Source: Eledone cirrhosa
Lineage: Eukaryota
Direction: 5' to 3'
DNA length: 64,000 nt
Assembly: GCA_964016885.1 (NCBI GenBank)
Contig: OZ024759.1
Location: forward strand, 5,952,001 to 6,016,000
The notes under the pieces: model-generated
What the model saw: only the letters and a program-made list of their open reading frames with translations
Databases searched by the model: none
What the model was told of the DNA's origin: nothing
Made by a program: the position numbers and the translations under genes
Shown here: positions 37,231-51,800 of the stretch, one piece after another
How positions within the stretch are numbered: the stretch's first letter is position 1
How the letters are laid out: every line of letters begins with the position of its first letter

Positions 37231-39879
37231 TGGTGAGAATTCATTTAAGTTCATGGTATTAGCTGTCAGAAGGAACTCCAATGTTGGTGAGAATTCATTT
37301 AAGTCATGGTACTAGCTGTCATAAGTAACTCCACTGTTGGTGAGAATTCATTTAAGTTCATGGTATTAGCTGTCAGAAGGAACGCCACTGTTGGTGAGAA
37401 TTCATTTAAGTCATGGTATTAGCTGTCAGAAGTAACTCCATTGTTGGTGAGAATTCATTTAAGTCATGGTACTAGCTGTCAGAAGTAACTCCACTGTTGG
37501 TGAGAATTCATTTAAGTATTAGCTGTCAGAAGGAACTCCACTGTTGGTGAGAATTCATTTAAGTTCATGGTATTAGCTGTCAGAAGTAACTCCACTGTTG
37601 GTGAGAATTCATTTAAGTTCATGGTACTAGCTGTCAGAAGTAACTCCACTGTTGGTGAGAATTCATTTAAGTTCATGGTACTAGCTGTCAGAAGGAACTC
37701 CACTGTTGGTGAGAATTCATTTAAGTTCATGGTATTAGCTGTCAGAAGTAACTCCAATGTTGGTGAGAATTCATTTAAGTCATGGTACTAGCTGTCACAA
37801 GTAACTCCACTGTTGGTGAGAATTCATTTAAGTTCACGGTATTAGCTGTCAGAAGGAACTCCACTGTTGGTGAGAATTCATTTAAGTTCATGGTATTAGC
37901 TGTCAGAAGTAACTCCACTGTTGGTGAGAATTCATTTAAGTTCATGGTACTAGCTGTCAGAAGTAACTCCAATGTTGGTGAGAATTCATTTAAGTTCATG
38001 GTATTAGCTGTCAGAAGTAACTCCACTGTTGGTGAGAATTCATTTAAGTTCATGGTATTAGCTGTCAGAAGTAACTCCACTGTTGGTGAGAATTCATTTA
38101 AGTTCATGGTACTAGCTGTCAGAAGTAACTCCACTGTTGGTGAGAATTCATTTAAGTTCATGGTATTAGCGGTCAGAAGTAACTCCACTGTTGGTGAGAA
38201 TTCATTTAAGTCATGGTATTAGCTGTCAGAAGTAACTCCATTGTTGGTGAGAATTCATTTAAGTCATGGTACTAGCTGTCAGAAGTAACTCCACTGTTGG
38301 TGAGAATTCATTTAAGTTCATGGTACTAGCTGTCAGAAGTAACTCCACTGTTGGTGAGAATTCATTTAAGTTCATGGTACTAGCTGTCAGAAGTAACTCC
38401 ACTGTTGGTGAGAATTCATTTAAGTTCATGGTACTAGCTGTCAGAAGTAACTCCACTGTTGGTGAGAATTCATTTAAGTTCATGGTACTAGCTGTCAGAA
38501 GTAACTCCAATGTTGGTGAGAATTCATTTAAGTTCATGGTATTAGCTGTCAGAAGTAACTCCACTGTTGGTGAGAATTCATTTAAGTTCATGGTACTAGC
38601 TGTCAGAAGTAACTCCACTGTTGGTGAGAATTCATTTAAGTTCATGGTATTAGCTGTCAGAAGTAACTCCACTGTTGGTGAGAATTCATTTAAGTTCATG
38701 GTACTAGCTGTCAGAAGTAACCCCAATGTTGGTGAGAATTCATTTAATTTCATGGTATTAGCTGTCAGAAGTCACTCCAATGTTGGTGAGAATTCATTTA
38801 AGTTCATGGTATTAGCTGTCAGAAGTCACTCCACTGTTGGTGAGAATTCATTTAAGTTCATGGTACTAGCTGTCAGAAGTAACCCCAATGTTGGTGAGAA
38901 TTCATTTAAGTTCATGGTATTAGCTGTCAGAAGTCACTCCAATGTTGGTGAGAATTTATTTAAGTTCATGGTATTAGCTGTCAGAAGTAACTCCACTGTT
39001 GGTGAGAATTCATTTAAGTTCATGGTACTAGCTGTCAGAAGTAACCCCAATGTTGGTGAGAATTCATTTAAGTTCATGGTATTAGCTGTCAGAAGTAACT
39101 CCACTGTTGGTGAGAATTCATTTAAGTTCATGGTATTAGCTGTCAGAAGTAACTCCACTGTTGGTGAGAATTCATTTAAGTTCATGGTATTAGCTGTCAG
39201 AAGGAACTCCAATGTTGGTGAGAATTCATTTAAGTCATGGTACTAGCTGTCAGAAGTAACTCCACTGTTGGTGAGAATTCATTTAAGTTCATGGTATTAG
39301 CTGTCAGAAGGAACGCCACTGTTGGTGAGAATTCATTTAAGTTCATGGTATTAGCTGTCAGAAGTAACTCCACTGTTGGTGAGAATTCATTTAAGTCATG
39401 GTATTAGTTGTCAGAAGTAACTCCAATGTTAGTTAGAATTCATTTAAGTCATGGTACTAGCTGTCAGAAGTAACTCCAATGTTGGTGAGAATTCATTTAA
39501 GTTCATGGTATTAGCTGTCAGAAGGAACTCCACTGTTGGTGAGAATTCATTTAAGTTCATGGTACTAGCTGTCAGAAGTAACTCCAATGTTGGTGAGAAT
39601 TCATTTAAGTTCATGGTATTAGCTGTCAGAAGTAACTCCACTGTTGGTGAGAATTCATTTAAGTCATGGTATTAGCTGTCAGAAGTAACTCCAATGTTGG
39701 TGAGAATTCATTTAAGTTCATGGTATTAGCTGTCAGAAGTAACTCCACTGTTGGTGAGAATTCATTTAAGTTCATGGTAATAGCTGTCAGAAGTAACTCC
39801 ACTGTTGGTGAGAATTCATTTAAGTTCATGGTACTAGCTGTCAGAAGTAACTCCACTGTTGGTGAGAATTCATTTAAGT

Positions 39880-42800
39880 TCATGGTATTAGTTTGTTAGA
39901 AGTAACTCCACTGTTGGTGAGAATTCATTTAAGTCATGGTATTAGCTGTCAGAAGTAACCCCAATGTTGGTGAGAATTCATTTAAGTCATGGTACTAGCT
40001 GTCAGAAGTAACTCCAATGTTGGTGAGAATTCATTTAAGTTCATGGTATTAGCTGTTAGAAGGAACTCCACTGTTGGTGAGAATTCATTTAAGTTCATGG
40101 TATTAGCTGTCAAAAGTAACTGCACTGTTGGTGAGAATTCATTTAAGTTCATGGTACTAGCTGTCAGAAGGAACTCCACTGTTGGTGAGAATTCATTTAA
40201 GTTCATGGTATTAGCTGTCAGAAGTAACTCCAATGTTGGTGAGAATTCATTTAAGTTCATGGTATTAGCTGTCAGAAGTAACTCCACTGTTGGTGAGAAT
40301 TCATTTAAGTTCATGGTATTAGCTGCCAGAAGTAACTCCACTGTTGGTGAGAATTCATTTAAGTTCATGGTACTAGCTGTCAGAAGTAACTCCACTGTTG
40401 GTGAGAATTCATTTAAGTTCATGGTACTAGCTGTCAGAAGTAACCCCAATGTTGGTGAGAATTCATTTAAGTTCATGGTATTAGCTGTCAGAAGTCACTC
40501 CACTGTTGGTGAGAATTCATTTAAGTTCATGGTATTAGCTGTCAGAAGTAACTCCACTGTTGGTGAGAATTCATTTAAGTTCATGGTATTAGCTGTCAGA
40601 AGTAACTCCACTGTTGGTGAGAATTCATTTAAGTTCATGGTATTAGCTGTCAGAAGTAACTCCACTGTTGGTGAGAATTCATTTAAGTCGTGGTATTAGC
40701 TGTCAGAAGTAACTCCATTGTTGGTGAGAATTCATTTAAGTCATGGTACTAGCTGTCACAAGTAACTCCACTGTTGGTGAGAATTCATTTAAGTTCATGG
40801 TACTAGCTGTCAGAAGTAACTCCACTGTTGGTGAGAATTCATTTAAGTTCATGGTACTAGCTGTCAGAAGTAACTCCACTGTTGGTGAGAATTCATTTAA
40901 GTTCATGGTACTAGCTGTCAGAAGTAACTCCACTGTTGGTGAGAATTCATTTAAGTTCATGGTACTAGCTGTCAGAAGTAACTCCAATGTTGGTGAGAAT
41001 TCATTTAAGTCATGGTACTAGCTGTCAGAAGTAACTCCACTGTTGGTGAGAATTCATTTAAGTTCATGGTACTAGCTGTCAGAAGTAACTCCACTGTTGG
41101 TGAGAATTCATTTAAGTTCATGGTACTAGCTGTCAGAAGTAACTCCACTGTTGGTGAGAATTCATTTAAGTTCATGGTACTAGCTGTCAGAAGTAACTCC
41201 AATGTTGGTGAGAATTCATTTAAGTTCATGGTATTAGCTGTCAGAAGTAACTCCACTGTTGGTGAGAATTCATTTAAGTTCATGGTATTAGCTGTCAGAA
41301 GTAACTCCACTGTTGGTGAGAATTCATTTAAGTTCATGGTATTAGCTGTCAGAAGTAACTCCACTGTTGGTGAAAATTCATTTAAGTTCATGGTATTAGC
41401 TGTCAGAAGGAACTCCAATGTTGGTGAGAATTCATTTAAGTCATGGTACTAGCTGTCAGAAGTAACTCCACTGTTGGTGAGAATTCATTTAAGTTCATGG
41501 TATTAGCTGTCAGAAGGAACGCCACTGTTGGTGAGAATTCATTTAAGTTCATGGTATTAGTTTGTTAGAAGTAACTCCACTGTTGGTGAGAATTCATTTA
41601 AGTCATGGTATTAGTTGTCAGAAATAACTCCAATGTTGGTGAGAATTCATTTAAGTTCATGGTACTAGCTGTCAGAAGTAACTCCACTGTTGGTGAGAAT
41701 TCATTTAAGTTCATGGTATTAGCTGTCAGAAGTAACTCCACTGTTGGTTAGAATTCATTTAAGTCATGGTATTAGCTGTCAGAAGTAACCCCAATGTTGG
41801 TGAGAATTCATTTAAGTCATGGTACTAGCTGTCAGAAGTAACTCCAATGTTGGTGAGAATTCATTTAAGTTCATGGTATTAGCTGTTAGAAGGAACTCCA
41901 CTGTTGGTGAGAATTCATTTAAGTTCATGGTATTAGCTGTCAAAAGTAACTGCACTGTTGGTGAGAATTCATTTAAGTTCATGGTACTAGCTGTCAGAAG
42001 GAACTCCACTGTTGGTGAGAATTCATTTAAGTTCATGGTATTAGCTGTCAGAAGTAACTCCAATGTTGGTGAGAATTCATTTAAGTTCATGGTATTAGCT
42101 GTCAGAAGTAACTCCACTGTTGGTGAAAATTCATTTAAGTTCATGGTATTAGCTGCCAGAAGTAACTCCACTGTTGGTGAGAATTCATTTAAGTTCATGG
42201 TACTATCTGTCAGAAGTAACTCCACTGTTGGTGAGAATTCATTTAAGTTCATGGTACTAGCTGTCAGAAGTAACCCCAATGTTGGTGAGAATTCATTTAA
42301 GTTCATGGTATTAGCTGTCAGAAGTCACTCCACTGTTGGTGAGAATTCATTTAAGTTCATGGTATTAGCTGTCAGAAGTAACTCCACTGTTGGTGAGAAT
42401 TCATTTAAGTTCATGGTATTAGCTGTCAGAAGTAACTCCACTGTTGGTGAGAATTCATTTAAGTTCATGGTATTAGCTGTCAGAAGTAACTCCACTGTTG
42501 GTGAGAATTCATTTAAGTCGTGGTATTAGCTGTCAGAAGTAACTCCATTGTTGGTGAGAATTCATTTAAGTCATGGTACTAGCTGTCAGAAGTAACTCCA
42601 CTGTTGGTGAGAATTCATTTAAGTTCATGGTACTAGCTGTCAGAAGTAACTCCACTGTTGGTGAGAATTCATTTAAGTTCATGGTACTAGCTGTCAGAAG
42701 TAACTCCACTGTTGGTGAGAATTCATTTAAGTTCATGGTACTAGCTGTCAGAAGTAACTCCACTGTTGGTGAGAATTCATTTAAGTTCATGGTACTAGCT

Positions 42801-45800
42801 GTCAGAAGTAACTCCAATGTTGGTGAGAATTCATTTAAGTCATGGTACTAGCTGTCAGAAGTAACTCCACTGTTGGTGAGAATTCATTTAAGTTCATGGT
42901 ACTAGCTGTCAGAAGTAACTCCACAGTTGGTGAGAATTCATTTAAGTTCATGGTACTAGCTGTCAGAAGTTACTCCACTGTTGGTGAGAATTCATTTAAG
43001 TTCATGGTATTAGCTGTCAGAAGGAACTCCAATGTTGGTGAAAATTCATTTAAGTTCATGGTATTAGCTGTCAGAAGGAACTCCAATGTTGGTGAGAATT
43101 CATTTAAGTCATGGTACTAGCTGTCAGAAGTAACTCCACTGTTGGTGAGAATTCATTTAAGTTCATGGTATTAGCTGTCAGAAGGAACGCCACTGTTGGT
43201 GAGAATTCATTTAAGTTCATGGTATTAGTTTGTTAGAAGTAACTCCACTGTTGGTGAGAATTCATTTAAGTCATGGTATTAGTTGTCAGAAGTAACTCCA
43301 ATGTTGGTGAGAATTCATTTAAGTTCATGGTACTAGCTGTCAGAAGTAACTCCACTGTTGGTGAGAATTCATTTAAGTTCATGGTATTAGCTGTCAGAAG
43401 TAACTCCACTGTTGGTTAGAATTCATTTAAGTCATGGTATTAGCTGTCAGAAGTAACCCCAATGTTGGTGAGAATTCATTTAAGTCATGGTACTAGCTGT
43501 CAGAAGTAACTCCAATGTTGGTGAGAATTCATTTAAGTTCATGGTATTAGCTGTTAGAAGGAACTCCACTGTTGGTGAGAATTCATTTAAGTTCATGGTA
43601 TTAGCTGTCAAAAGTAACTGCACTGTTGGTGAGAATTCATTTAAGTTCATGGTACTAGCTGTCAGAAGGAACTCCACTGTTGGTGAGAATTCATTTAAGT
43701 TCATGGTATTAGCTGTCAGAAGTAACTCCAATGTTGGTGAGAATTCATTTAAGTTCATGGTATTAGCTGTCAGAAGTAACTCCACTGTTGGTGAAAATTC
43801 ATTTAAGTTCATGGTATTAGCTGCCAGAAGTAACTCCACTGTTGGTGAGAATTCATTTAAGTTCATGGTACTATCTGTCAGAAGTAACTCCACTGTTGGT
43901 GAGAATTCATTTAAGTTCATGGTACTAGCTGTCAGAAGTAACCCCAATGTTGGTGAGAATTCATTTAAGTTCATGGTATTAGCTGTCAGAAGTCACTCCA
44001 CTGTTGGTGAGAATTCATTTAAGTTCATGGTATTAGCTGTCAGAAGTAACTCCACTGTTGGTGAGAATTCATTTAAGTTCATGGTATTAGCTGTCAGAAG
44101 TAACTCCACTGTTGGTGAGAATTCATTTAAGTTCATGGTATTAGCTGTCAGAAGTAACTCCACTGTTGGTGAGAATTCATTTAAGTCGTGGTATTAGCTG
44201 TCAGAAGTAACTCCATTGTTGGTGAGAATTCATTTAAGTCATGGTACTAGCTGTCAGAAGTAACTCCACTGTTGGTGAGAATTCATTTAAGTTCATGGTA
44301 CTAGCTGTCAGAAGTAACTCCACTGTTGGTGAGAATTCATTTAAGTTCATGGTACTAGCTGTCAGAAGTAACTCCACTGTTGGTGAGAATTCATTTAAGT
44401 TCATGGTACTAGCTGTCAGAAGTAACTCCACTGTTGGTGAGAATTCATTTAAGTTCATGGTACTAGCTGTCAGAAGTAACTCCAATGTTGGTGAGAATTC
44501 ATTTAAGTCATGGTACTAGCTGTCAGAAGTAACTCCACTGTTGGTGAGAATTCATTTAAGTTCATGGTACTAGCTGTCAGAAGTAACTCCACAGTTGGTG
44601 AGAATTCATTTAAGTTCATGGTACTAGCTGTCAGAAGTTACTCCACTGTTGGTGAGAATTCATTTAAGTTCATGGTACTAGCTGTCAGAAGTAACTCCAA
44701 TGTTGGTGAGAATTCATTTAAGTTCATGGTATTAGCTGTCAGAAGTAACTCCACTGTTGGTGAGAATTCATTTAAGTTCATGGTACTAGATGTCGGAAGG
44801 AACTCCACTGTTGGTGAGAATTCATTTAAGTTCATGGTATTAGCTGTCAGAAGTAACTCCACTGTTGGTGAGAAATCATTTAAGTCGTGGTATTAGCTGT
44901 CAGAAGTAACTCCATTGTTGGTGAGAATTCATTTAAGTCATGGTACTAGCTGTCAGAAGTAACTCCACTGTTGGTGAGAATTCATTTAAGTTCATGGTAC
45001 TAGCTGTCAGAAGTAACTCCACTGTTGGTGAGAATTCATTTAAGTTCATGGTACTAGCTGTCAGAAGTAACTCCACTGTTGGTGAGAATTCATTTAAGTT
45101 CATGGTACTAGCTGTCAGAAGTAACTCCACTGTTGGTGAGAATTCATTTAAGTTCATGGTACTAGCTGTCAGAAGTAACTCCAATGTTGGTGAGAATTCA
45201 TTTAAGTCATGGTACTAGCTGTCAGAAGTAACTCCACTGTTGGTGAGAATTCATTTAAGTTCATGGTACTAGCTGTCAGAAGTAACTCCACAGTTGGTGA
45301 GAATTCATTTAAGTTCATGGTACTAGCTGTCAGAAGTAACTCCACTGTTGGTGAGAATTCATTTAAGTTCATGGTACTAGCTGTCAGAAGTAACTCCAAT
45401 GTTGGTGAGAATTCATTTAAGTTCATGGTATTAGCTGTCAGAAGTAACTCCACTGTTGGTGAGAATTCATTTAAGTTCATGGTACTAGATGTCGGAAGGA
45501 ACTCCACTGTTGGTGAGAATTCATTTAAGTTCATGGTATTAGCTGTCAGAAGTAACTCCACTGTTGGTGAGAAATCATTTAAGTTCATGGTACTAGCTGT
45601 CAGAAGTAACCCCAATGTTGGTGAGAATTCATTTAATTTCATGGTATTAGCTGTCAGAAGTCACTCCAATGTTGGTGAGAATTCATTTAAGTTCATGGTA
45701 TTAGCTGTCAGAAGTCACTCCACTGTTGGTGAGAATTCATTTAAGTTCATGGTACTAGCTGTCAGAAGTAACCCCAATGGTGGTGAGAATTCATTTAAGT

Positions 45801-48010
45801 TCATGGTATTAGCTGTCAGAAGTCACTCCAATGTTGGTGAGAATTTATTTAAGTTCATGGTATTAGCTGTCAGAAGTAACTCCACTGTTGGTGAGAATTC
45901 ATTTAAGTTCATTGTATTAGCTGTCAGAAGTAACTCCACTGTTGGTGAGAATTCATTTAAGTTCATGGTATTAGCTGTCAGAAGTAACTCCACTGTTGGT
46001 GAGAATTCATTTAAGTTCATGGTATTAGCTGTCAGAAGGAACTCCAATGTTGGTGAGAATTCATTTAAGTCATGGTACTAGCTGTCAGAAGTAACTCCAC
46101 TGTTGGTGAGAATTCATTTAAGTTCATGGTATTAGCTGTCAGAAGGAACGCCACTGTTGGTGAGAATTCATTTAAGTTCATGGTATTAGCTGTCAGAAGT
46201 AACTCCACTGTTGGTGAGAATTCATTTAAGTCATGGTATTAGTTGTCAGAAGTAACTCCAATGTTGGTGAGAATTCATTTAAGTCATGGTACTAGCTGTC
46301 AGAAGTAACTCCAATGTTGGTGACAATTCATTTAAGTTCATGGTATTAGCTGTCAGGAGGAACTCCACTGTTGGTGAGAATTCATTTAAGTTCATGGTAT
46401 TAGCTGTCAGAAGTAACTCCACTGTTGGTGAGAATTCATTTAAGTTCATGGTACTAGCTGTCAGAAGTAACTCCAATGTTGGTGAGAATTCATTTAAGTT
46501 CATGGTATTAGCTGTCAGAAGTAACTCCACTGTTGGTGAGAATTCATTTAAGTCATGGTATTAGCTGTCAGAAGTAACTCCAATGTTGGTGAGAATTCAT
46601 TTAAGTTCATGGTATTAGCTGTCAGAAGTAACTCCACTGTTGGTGAGAATTCATTTAAGTTCATGGTACTAGCTGTCAGAAGTAACTCCACTGTTGGTGA
46701 GAATTCATTTAAGTTCATGGTATTAGTTTGTTAGAAGTAACTCCACTGTTGGTGAGAATTCATTTAAGTCACGGTATTAGTTGTCAGAAGTAACTCCAAT
46801 GTTGGTGAGAATTCATTTAAGTTCATGGTACTAGCTGTCAGAAGTAACTCCACTGTTGGTGAGAATTCATTTAAGTTCATGGTATTAGCTGTCAGAAGTA
46901 ACTCCACTGTTGGTTAGAATTCATTTAAGTCATGGTATTAGCTGTCAGAAGTAACCCCAATGTTGGTGAGAATTCATTTAAGTCATGGTACTAGCTGTCA
47001 GAAGTAACTCCAATGTTGGTGAGAATTCATTTAAGTTCATGGTATTAGCTGTTAGAAGGAACTCCACTGTTGGTGAGAATTCATTTAAGTTCATGGTATT
47101 AGCTGTCAAAAGTAACTGCACTGTTGGTGAGAATTCATTTAAGTTCATGGTACTAGCTGTCAGAAGGAACTCCACTGTTGGTGAGAATTCATTTAAGTTC
47201 ATGGTATTAGCTGTCAGAAGTAACTCCAATGTTGGTGAGAATTCATTTAAGTTCATGGTATTAGCTGTCAGAAGTAACTCCACTGTTGGTGAGAGTTCAT
47301 TTAAGTTCATGGTATTAGCTGTCAGAAGTAACTCCACTGTTGGTGAGAATTCATTTAAGTTCATGGTACTAGCTGTCAGAAGTAACTCCACTGTTGGTGA
47401 GAATTCATTTAAGTTCATGGTACTAGCTGTCAGAAGTAACCCCAATGTTGGTGAGAATTCATTTAAGTTCATGGTATTAGTTGTCAGAAGTCACTCCACT
47501 GTTGGTGAGAATTCATTTAAGTTCATGGTATTAGCTGTCAGAAGTAACTCCACTGTTGGTGAGAATTCATTTAAGTTCATGGTATTAGCTGTCAGAAGTA
47601 ACTCCACTGTTGGTGAGAATTCATTTAAGTTCATGGTATTAGCTGTCAGAAGTAACTCCACTGTTGGTGAGAATTCATTTAAGTCATGGTATTAGCTGTC
47701 AGAAGTAACTCCATTGTTGGTGAGAATTCATTTAAGTCATGGTACTAGCTGTCAGAAGTAACTCCACTGTTGGTGAGAATTCATTTAAGTTCATGGTACT
47801 AGCTGTCAGAAGTAACTCCACTGTTGGTGAGAATTCATTTAAGTTCATGGTACTAGCTGTCAGAAGTAACTCCACTGTTGGTGAGAATTCATTTAAGTTC
47901 ATGGTACTAGCTGTCAGAAGTAACTCCACTGTTGGTGAGAATTCATTTAAGTTCATGGTACTAGCTGTCAGAAGTAACTCCAATGTTGGTGAGAATTCAT
48001 TTAAGTCATG
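39880..48010 (+). repeat. Higher-order repeat family: four copies starting ~39989, 41819, 43487 and 46985, with a nested 699-bp duplication (44241/44940)
   Basis: GCTGTTAGAAGG followed by CAAAAGTAACTGCACT is in all four copies, and GCTGCCAGA in the first three. TAGATGTCGGAAGG (44787/45486) and GAGAAATC (44870/45569) define the nested unit. Confidence 0.88.
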
Positions 48011-48829
48011 GTACTAGCTGTCAGAAGTAACTCCACTGTTGGTGAGAATTCATTTAAGTTCATGGTATTAGCTGTCAGAAGGAACTCCACTGTTAGTGAG
48101 AATTCATTTAAGTTCATTGTATTAGATGTCAGAAGTAACTCCACTGTTGGTGAGAATTCATTTAAGTTCATGGTACTAGCTGTCAGAAGTAACTCCAATG
48201 TTGGTGAGAATTCATTTGAGTTCATGGTATTAGCTGTCAGAAGTAACTCCACTGTTGGTGAGAATTCATTTAAGTTCATGGTATTAGCTGTCAGAAGTAA
48301 CTCCACTGTTGGTGAGAATTCATTTAAGTTCATGGTACTAGCTGTCAGAAGTAACTCCACTGTTGGTGAGAATTCATTTAAGTTCATGGTACTAGCTGTC
48401 AGAAGTAACCCCAATGTTGGTGAGAATTCATTTAAGTTCATGGTATTAGCTGTCAGAAGTAACTCCACTGATGGTGAGAATTCATTTAAGTCATGGTATT
48501 AGCTGTCAGAAGTAACTCCATTGTTGGTGAGAATTCATTTAAGTCATGGTACTAGCTGTCAGAAGTAACTCCACTGTTGGTGAGAATTCATTTAAGTTCA
48601 TGGTACTAGCTGTCAGAAGTAACTCCACTGTTGGTGAGAATTCATTTAAGTTCATGGTACTAGCTGTCAGAAGTAACTCCACTGTTGGTGAGAATTCATT
48701 TAAGTTCATGGTACTAGCTGTCAGAAGTAACTCCACTGTTGGTGAGAATTCATTTAAGTTCATGGTACTAGCTGTCAGAAGTAGCCCCAATCTTGGTGAG
48801 AATTCATTTAAGTTCATGGTATTAGCTGT

Positions 48830-51800
48830 CAGAAGTCACTCCACTGTTGGTGAGAATTCATTTAAGTTCATGGTATTAGCTGTCAGAAGTAACTCCACTG
48901 TTGGTGAGAATTCATTTAAGTTCATGGTATTAGCTGTCAGAAGTAACTCCACTGTTGGTGAGAATTCATTTAAGTTCATGGTGTTAGCTGTCAGAAGTAA
49001 CTCCACTGTTGGTGAGAATTCATTTAAGTTCATGGTACTAGCTGTCAGAAGTAACTCCACTGTTTGTGAGAATTCATTTAAGTTCATGGTACTAGCTGTC
49101 AGAAGTAACCCCAATGTTGGTGAGAATTCATTTAAGTTCATGGTATTAGCTGTCAGAAGTCACTCCACTGTTGGTGAGAATTCATTTAAGTTCATGGTAT
49201 TAGCTGTCAGAAGTAACTCCACTGTTGGTGAGAATTCATTTAAGTCATGGTATTAGCTGTCAGAAGTAACTCCATTGTTGGTGAGAATTCATTTAAGTCA
49301 TGGTACTAGCTGTCAGAAGTAACTCCACTGTTGGTGAGAATTCATTTAAGTTCATGGTATTAGCTGTCAGAAGGAACTCCACTGTTGGTGAGAATTCATT
49401 TAAGTTCATGGTATTAGCTGTCAGAAGTAACTCCACTGTTGGTGAGAATTCATTTAAGTTCATGGTACTAGCTGTCAGAAGTAACTCCACTGTTGGTGAG
49501 AATTCATTTAAGTTCATGGTACTAGCTGTCAGAAGGAACTCCACTGTTGGTGAGAATTCATTTAAGTTCATGTTATTAGCTGTCAGAAGTAACTCCAATG
49601 TTGGTGAGAATTCATTTAAGTTCATGGTATTAGCTGTCAGAAGGAACTCCACTGTTGGTGAGAATTCATTTAAGTTCATGGTATTAGCTGTCAGAAGTAA
49701 CTCCAATGTTGGTGAGAATTCATTTAAGTTCATGGTATTAGCTGTCAGAAGTAACTCCACTGTTGGTGAGAATTCATTTAAGTTCATGGTATTAGCTGTC
49801 AGAAGTAACTCCACTGTTGGTGAGAATTCATTTAAGTTCATGGTACTAGCTGTCAGAAGTAACTCCACTGTTGGTGAGAATTCATTTAAGTTCATGGTAC
49901 TAGCTGTCAGAAGTAACCCCAATGTTGGTGAGAATTCATTTAAGTTCATGGTATTAGCTGTCAGAAGTCACTCCACTGTTGGTGAGAATTCATTTAAGTT
50001 CATGGTATAAGCTGTCAGAAGTAACTCCACTGTTGGTGAGAATTCATTTAAGTTCATGGTATTAGCTGTCAGAAGTAACTCCACTGTTGGTGAGAATTCA
50101 TTTAAGTTCATGGTATTAGCTGTCAGAAGTAACTCCACTGTTGGTGAGAATTCATTTAAGTTCATGGTACTACCTGTCAGAAGTAACTCCACTGTTGGTG
50201 AGAATTCATTTAAGTTCATGGTACTAGCTGTCAGAAGTAACTCCACTGTTGGTGAGAATTCATTTAAGTTCATGGTACTAGCTGTCAGAAGTAACTCCAC
50301 TGTTGGTGAGAATTCATTTAAGTTCATGGTACTAGCTGTCAGAAGTAACTCCACTGTTGGTGAGAATTCATTTAAGTTCATGGTACTAGCTGTCAGACGT
50401 AACTCCACTGTTGGTGAGAATTCATTTAAGTTCATGGTACTAGCTGTCAGAAGTTACTCCAATGTTGGTGAGAATTCATTTAAGTCATGGTACTAGCTGT
50501 CAGAAGTAACTCCACTGTTGGTGAGAATTCATTTAAGTTCATGGTATTAGCTGTCAGAAGGAACTCCACTGTTGGTGAGAATTCATTTAAGTTCATTATA
50601 TTAGATGTCAGAAGTAACTCCACTGTTGGTGAGAATTCATTTAAGTTCATGGTACTAGCTGTCAGAAGTAACTCCAATGTTGGTGAGAATTCATTTGAGT
50701 TCATGGTATTAGCTGTCAGAAATAACTCCACTGTTGGTGAGAATTCATTTAAGTTCATGGTATTAGCTGTCAGAAGTAACTCCACTGTTGGTGAGAATTC
50801 ATTTAAGTTCATGGTACTAGCTGTCAGAAGTAACTCCACTGTTGGTGAGAATTCATTTAAGTACATGGTACTAGCTGTCAGAAGTAACCCCAATGTTGGT
50901 GAGAATTCATTTAAGTTCATGGTATTAGCTGTCAGAAGTCACTCCACTGTTGGTGAGAATTCATTTAAGTTCATGGTATTAGCTGTCAGAAGTAACTCCA
51001 CTGTTGGTGAGAATTCATTTAAGTTCATGGTATTAGCTGTCAGAAGTAACTCCACTGTTGGTGAGAATTCATTTAAGTTCATGGTATTAGCTGTCAGAAG
51101 TAACTCCACTGTTGGTGAGAATTCATTTAAGTTCATGGTACTAGCTGTCAGAAGTAACTCCACTGTTGGTGAGAATTCATTTAAGTTCATGGTATTAGCT
51201 GTCAGAAGTAACTCCACTGTTGGTGAGAATTCATTTAAGTCATGGTATTAGCTGTCAGAAGTAACTCCATTGTTGGTGAGAATTCATTTAAGTCATGGTA
51301 CTAGCTGTCAGAAGTAACTCCACTGTTGGTGAGAATTCATTTAAGTTCATGGTACTAGCTGTCAGAAGTAACTCCACTGTTGGTGAGAATTCATTTAAGT
51401 TTATGGTACTAGCTGTCAGAAGTAACTCCACTGTTGGTGAGAATTCATTTAAGTTCATGGTACTAGCTGTCAGAAGTAACCCCAGTGTTGGTGAGAATTC
51501 ATTTAAGTTCATGGTACTAGCTGTCAGAAGTCACTCCACTGTTGGTGAGAATTCATTTAAGTTCATGGTACTAGCTGTCAGAAGTAACTCCACTGTTGGT
51601 GAGAATTCATTTAAGTTCATGGTATTAGCTGTCAGAAGTAACTCCACTGTTGGTGAGAATTCATTTAAGTTCATGGTACTAGCTGTCAGAAGTAACTCCA
51701 CTGTTGGTGAGAATTCATTTAAGTTCATGGTACTAGCTGTCAGAAGTAACTCCACTGTTTGTGAGAATTCATTTAAGTTCATGGTACTAGCTGTCAGAAG

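Larger units (their letters stand above)
24470..38690 (+). repeat. Long-range copy: ~24470-26230 repeated at ~36925-38690 (offset 12453)
   Basis: AGTAGTAA (24491/36944), the 47-bp deletion monomer (25061/37514) and TCACGGT (25381/37834) share the offset. ORF pairs 25059/37512, 25329/37782 and 25813/38266 agree. Confidence 0.85.
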
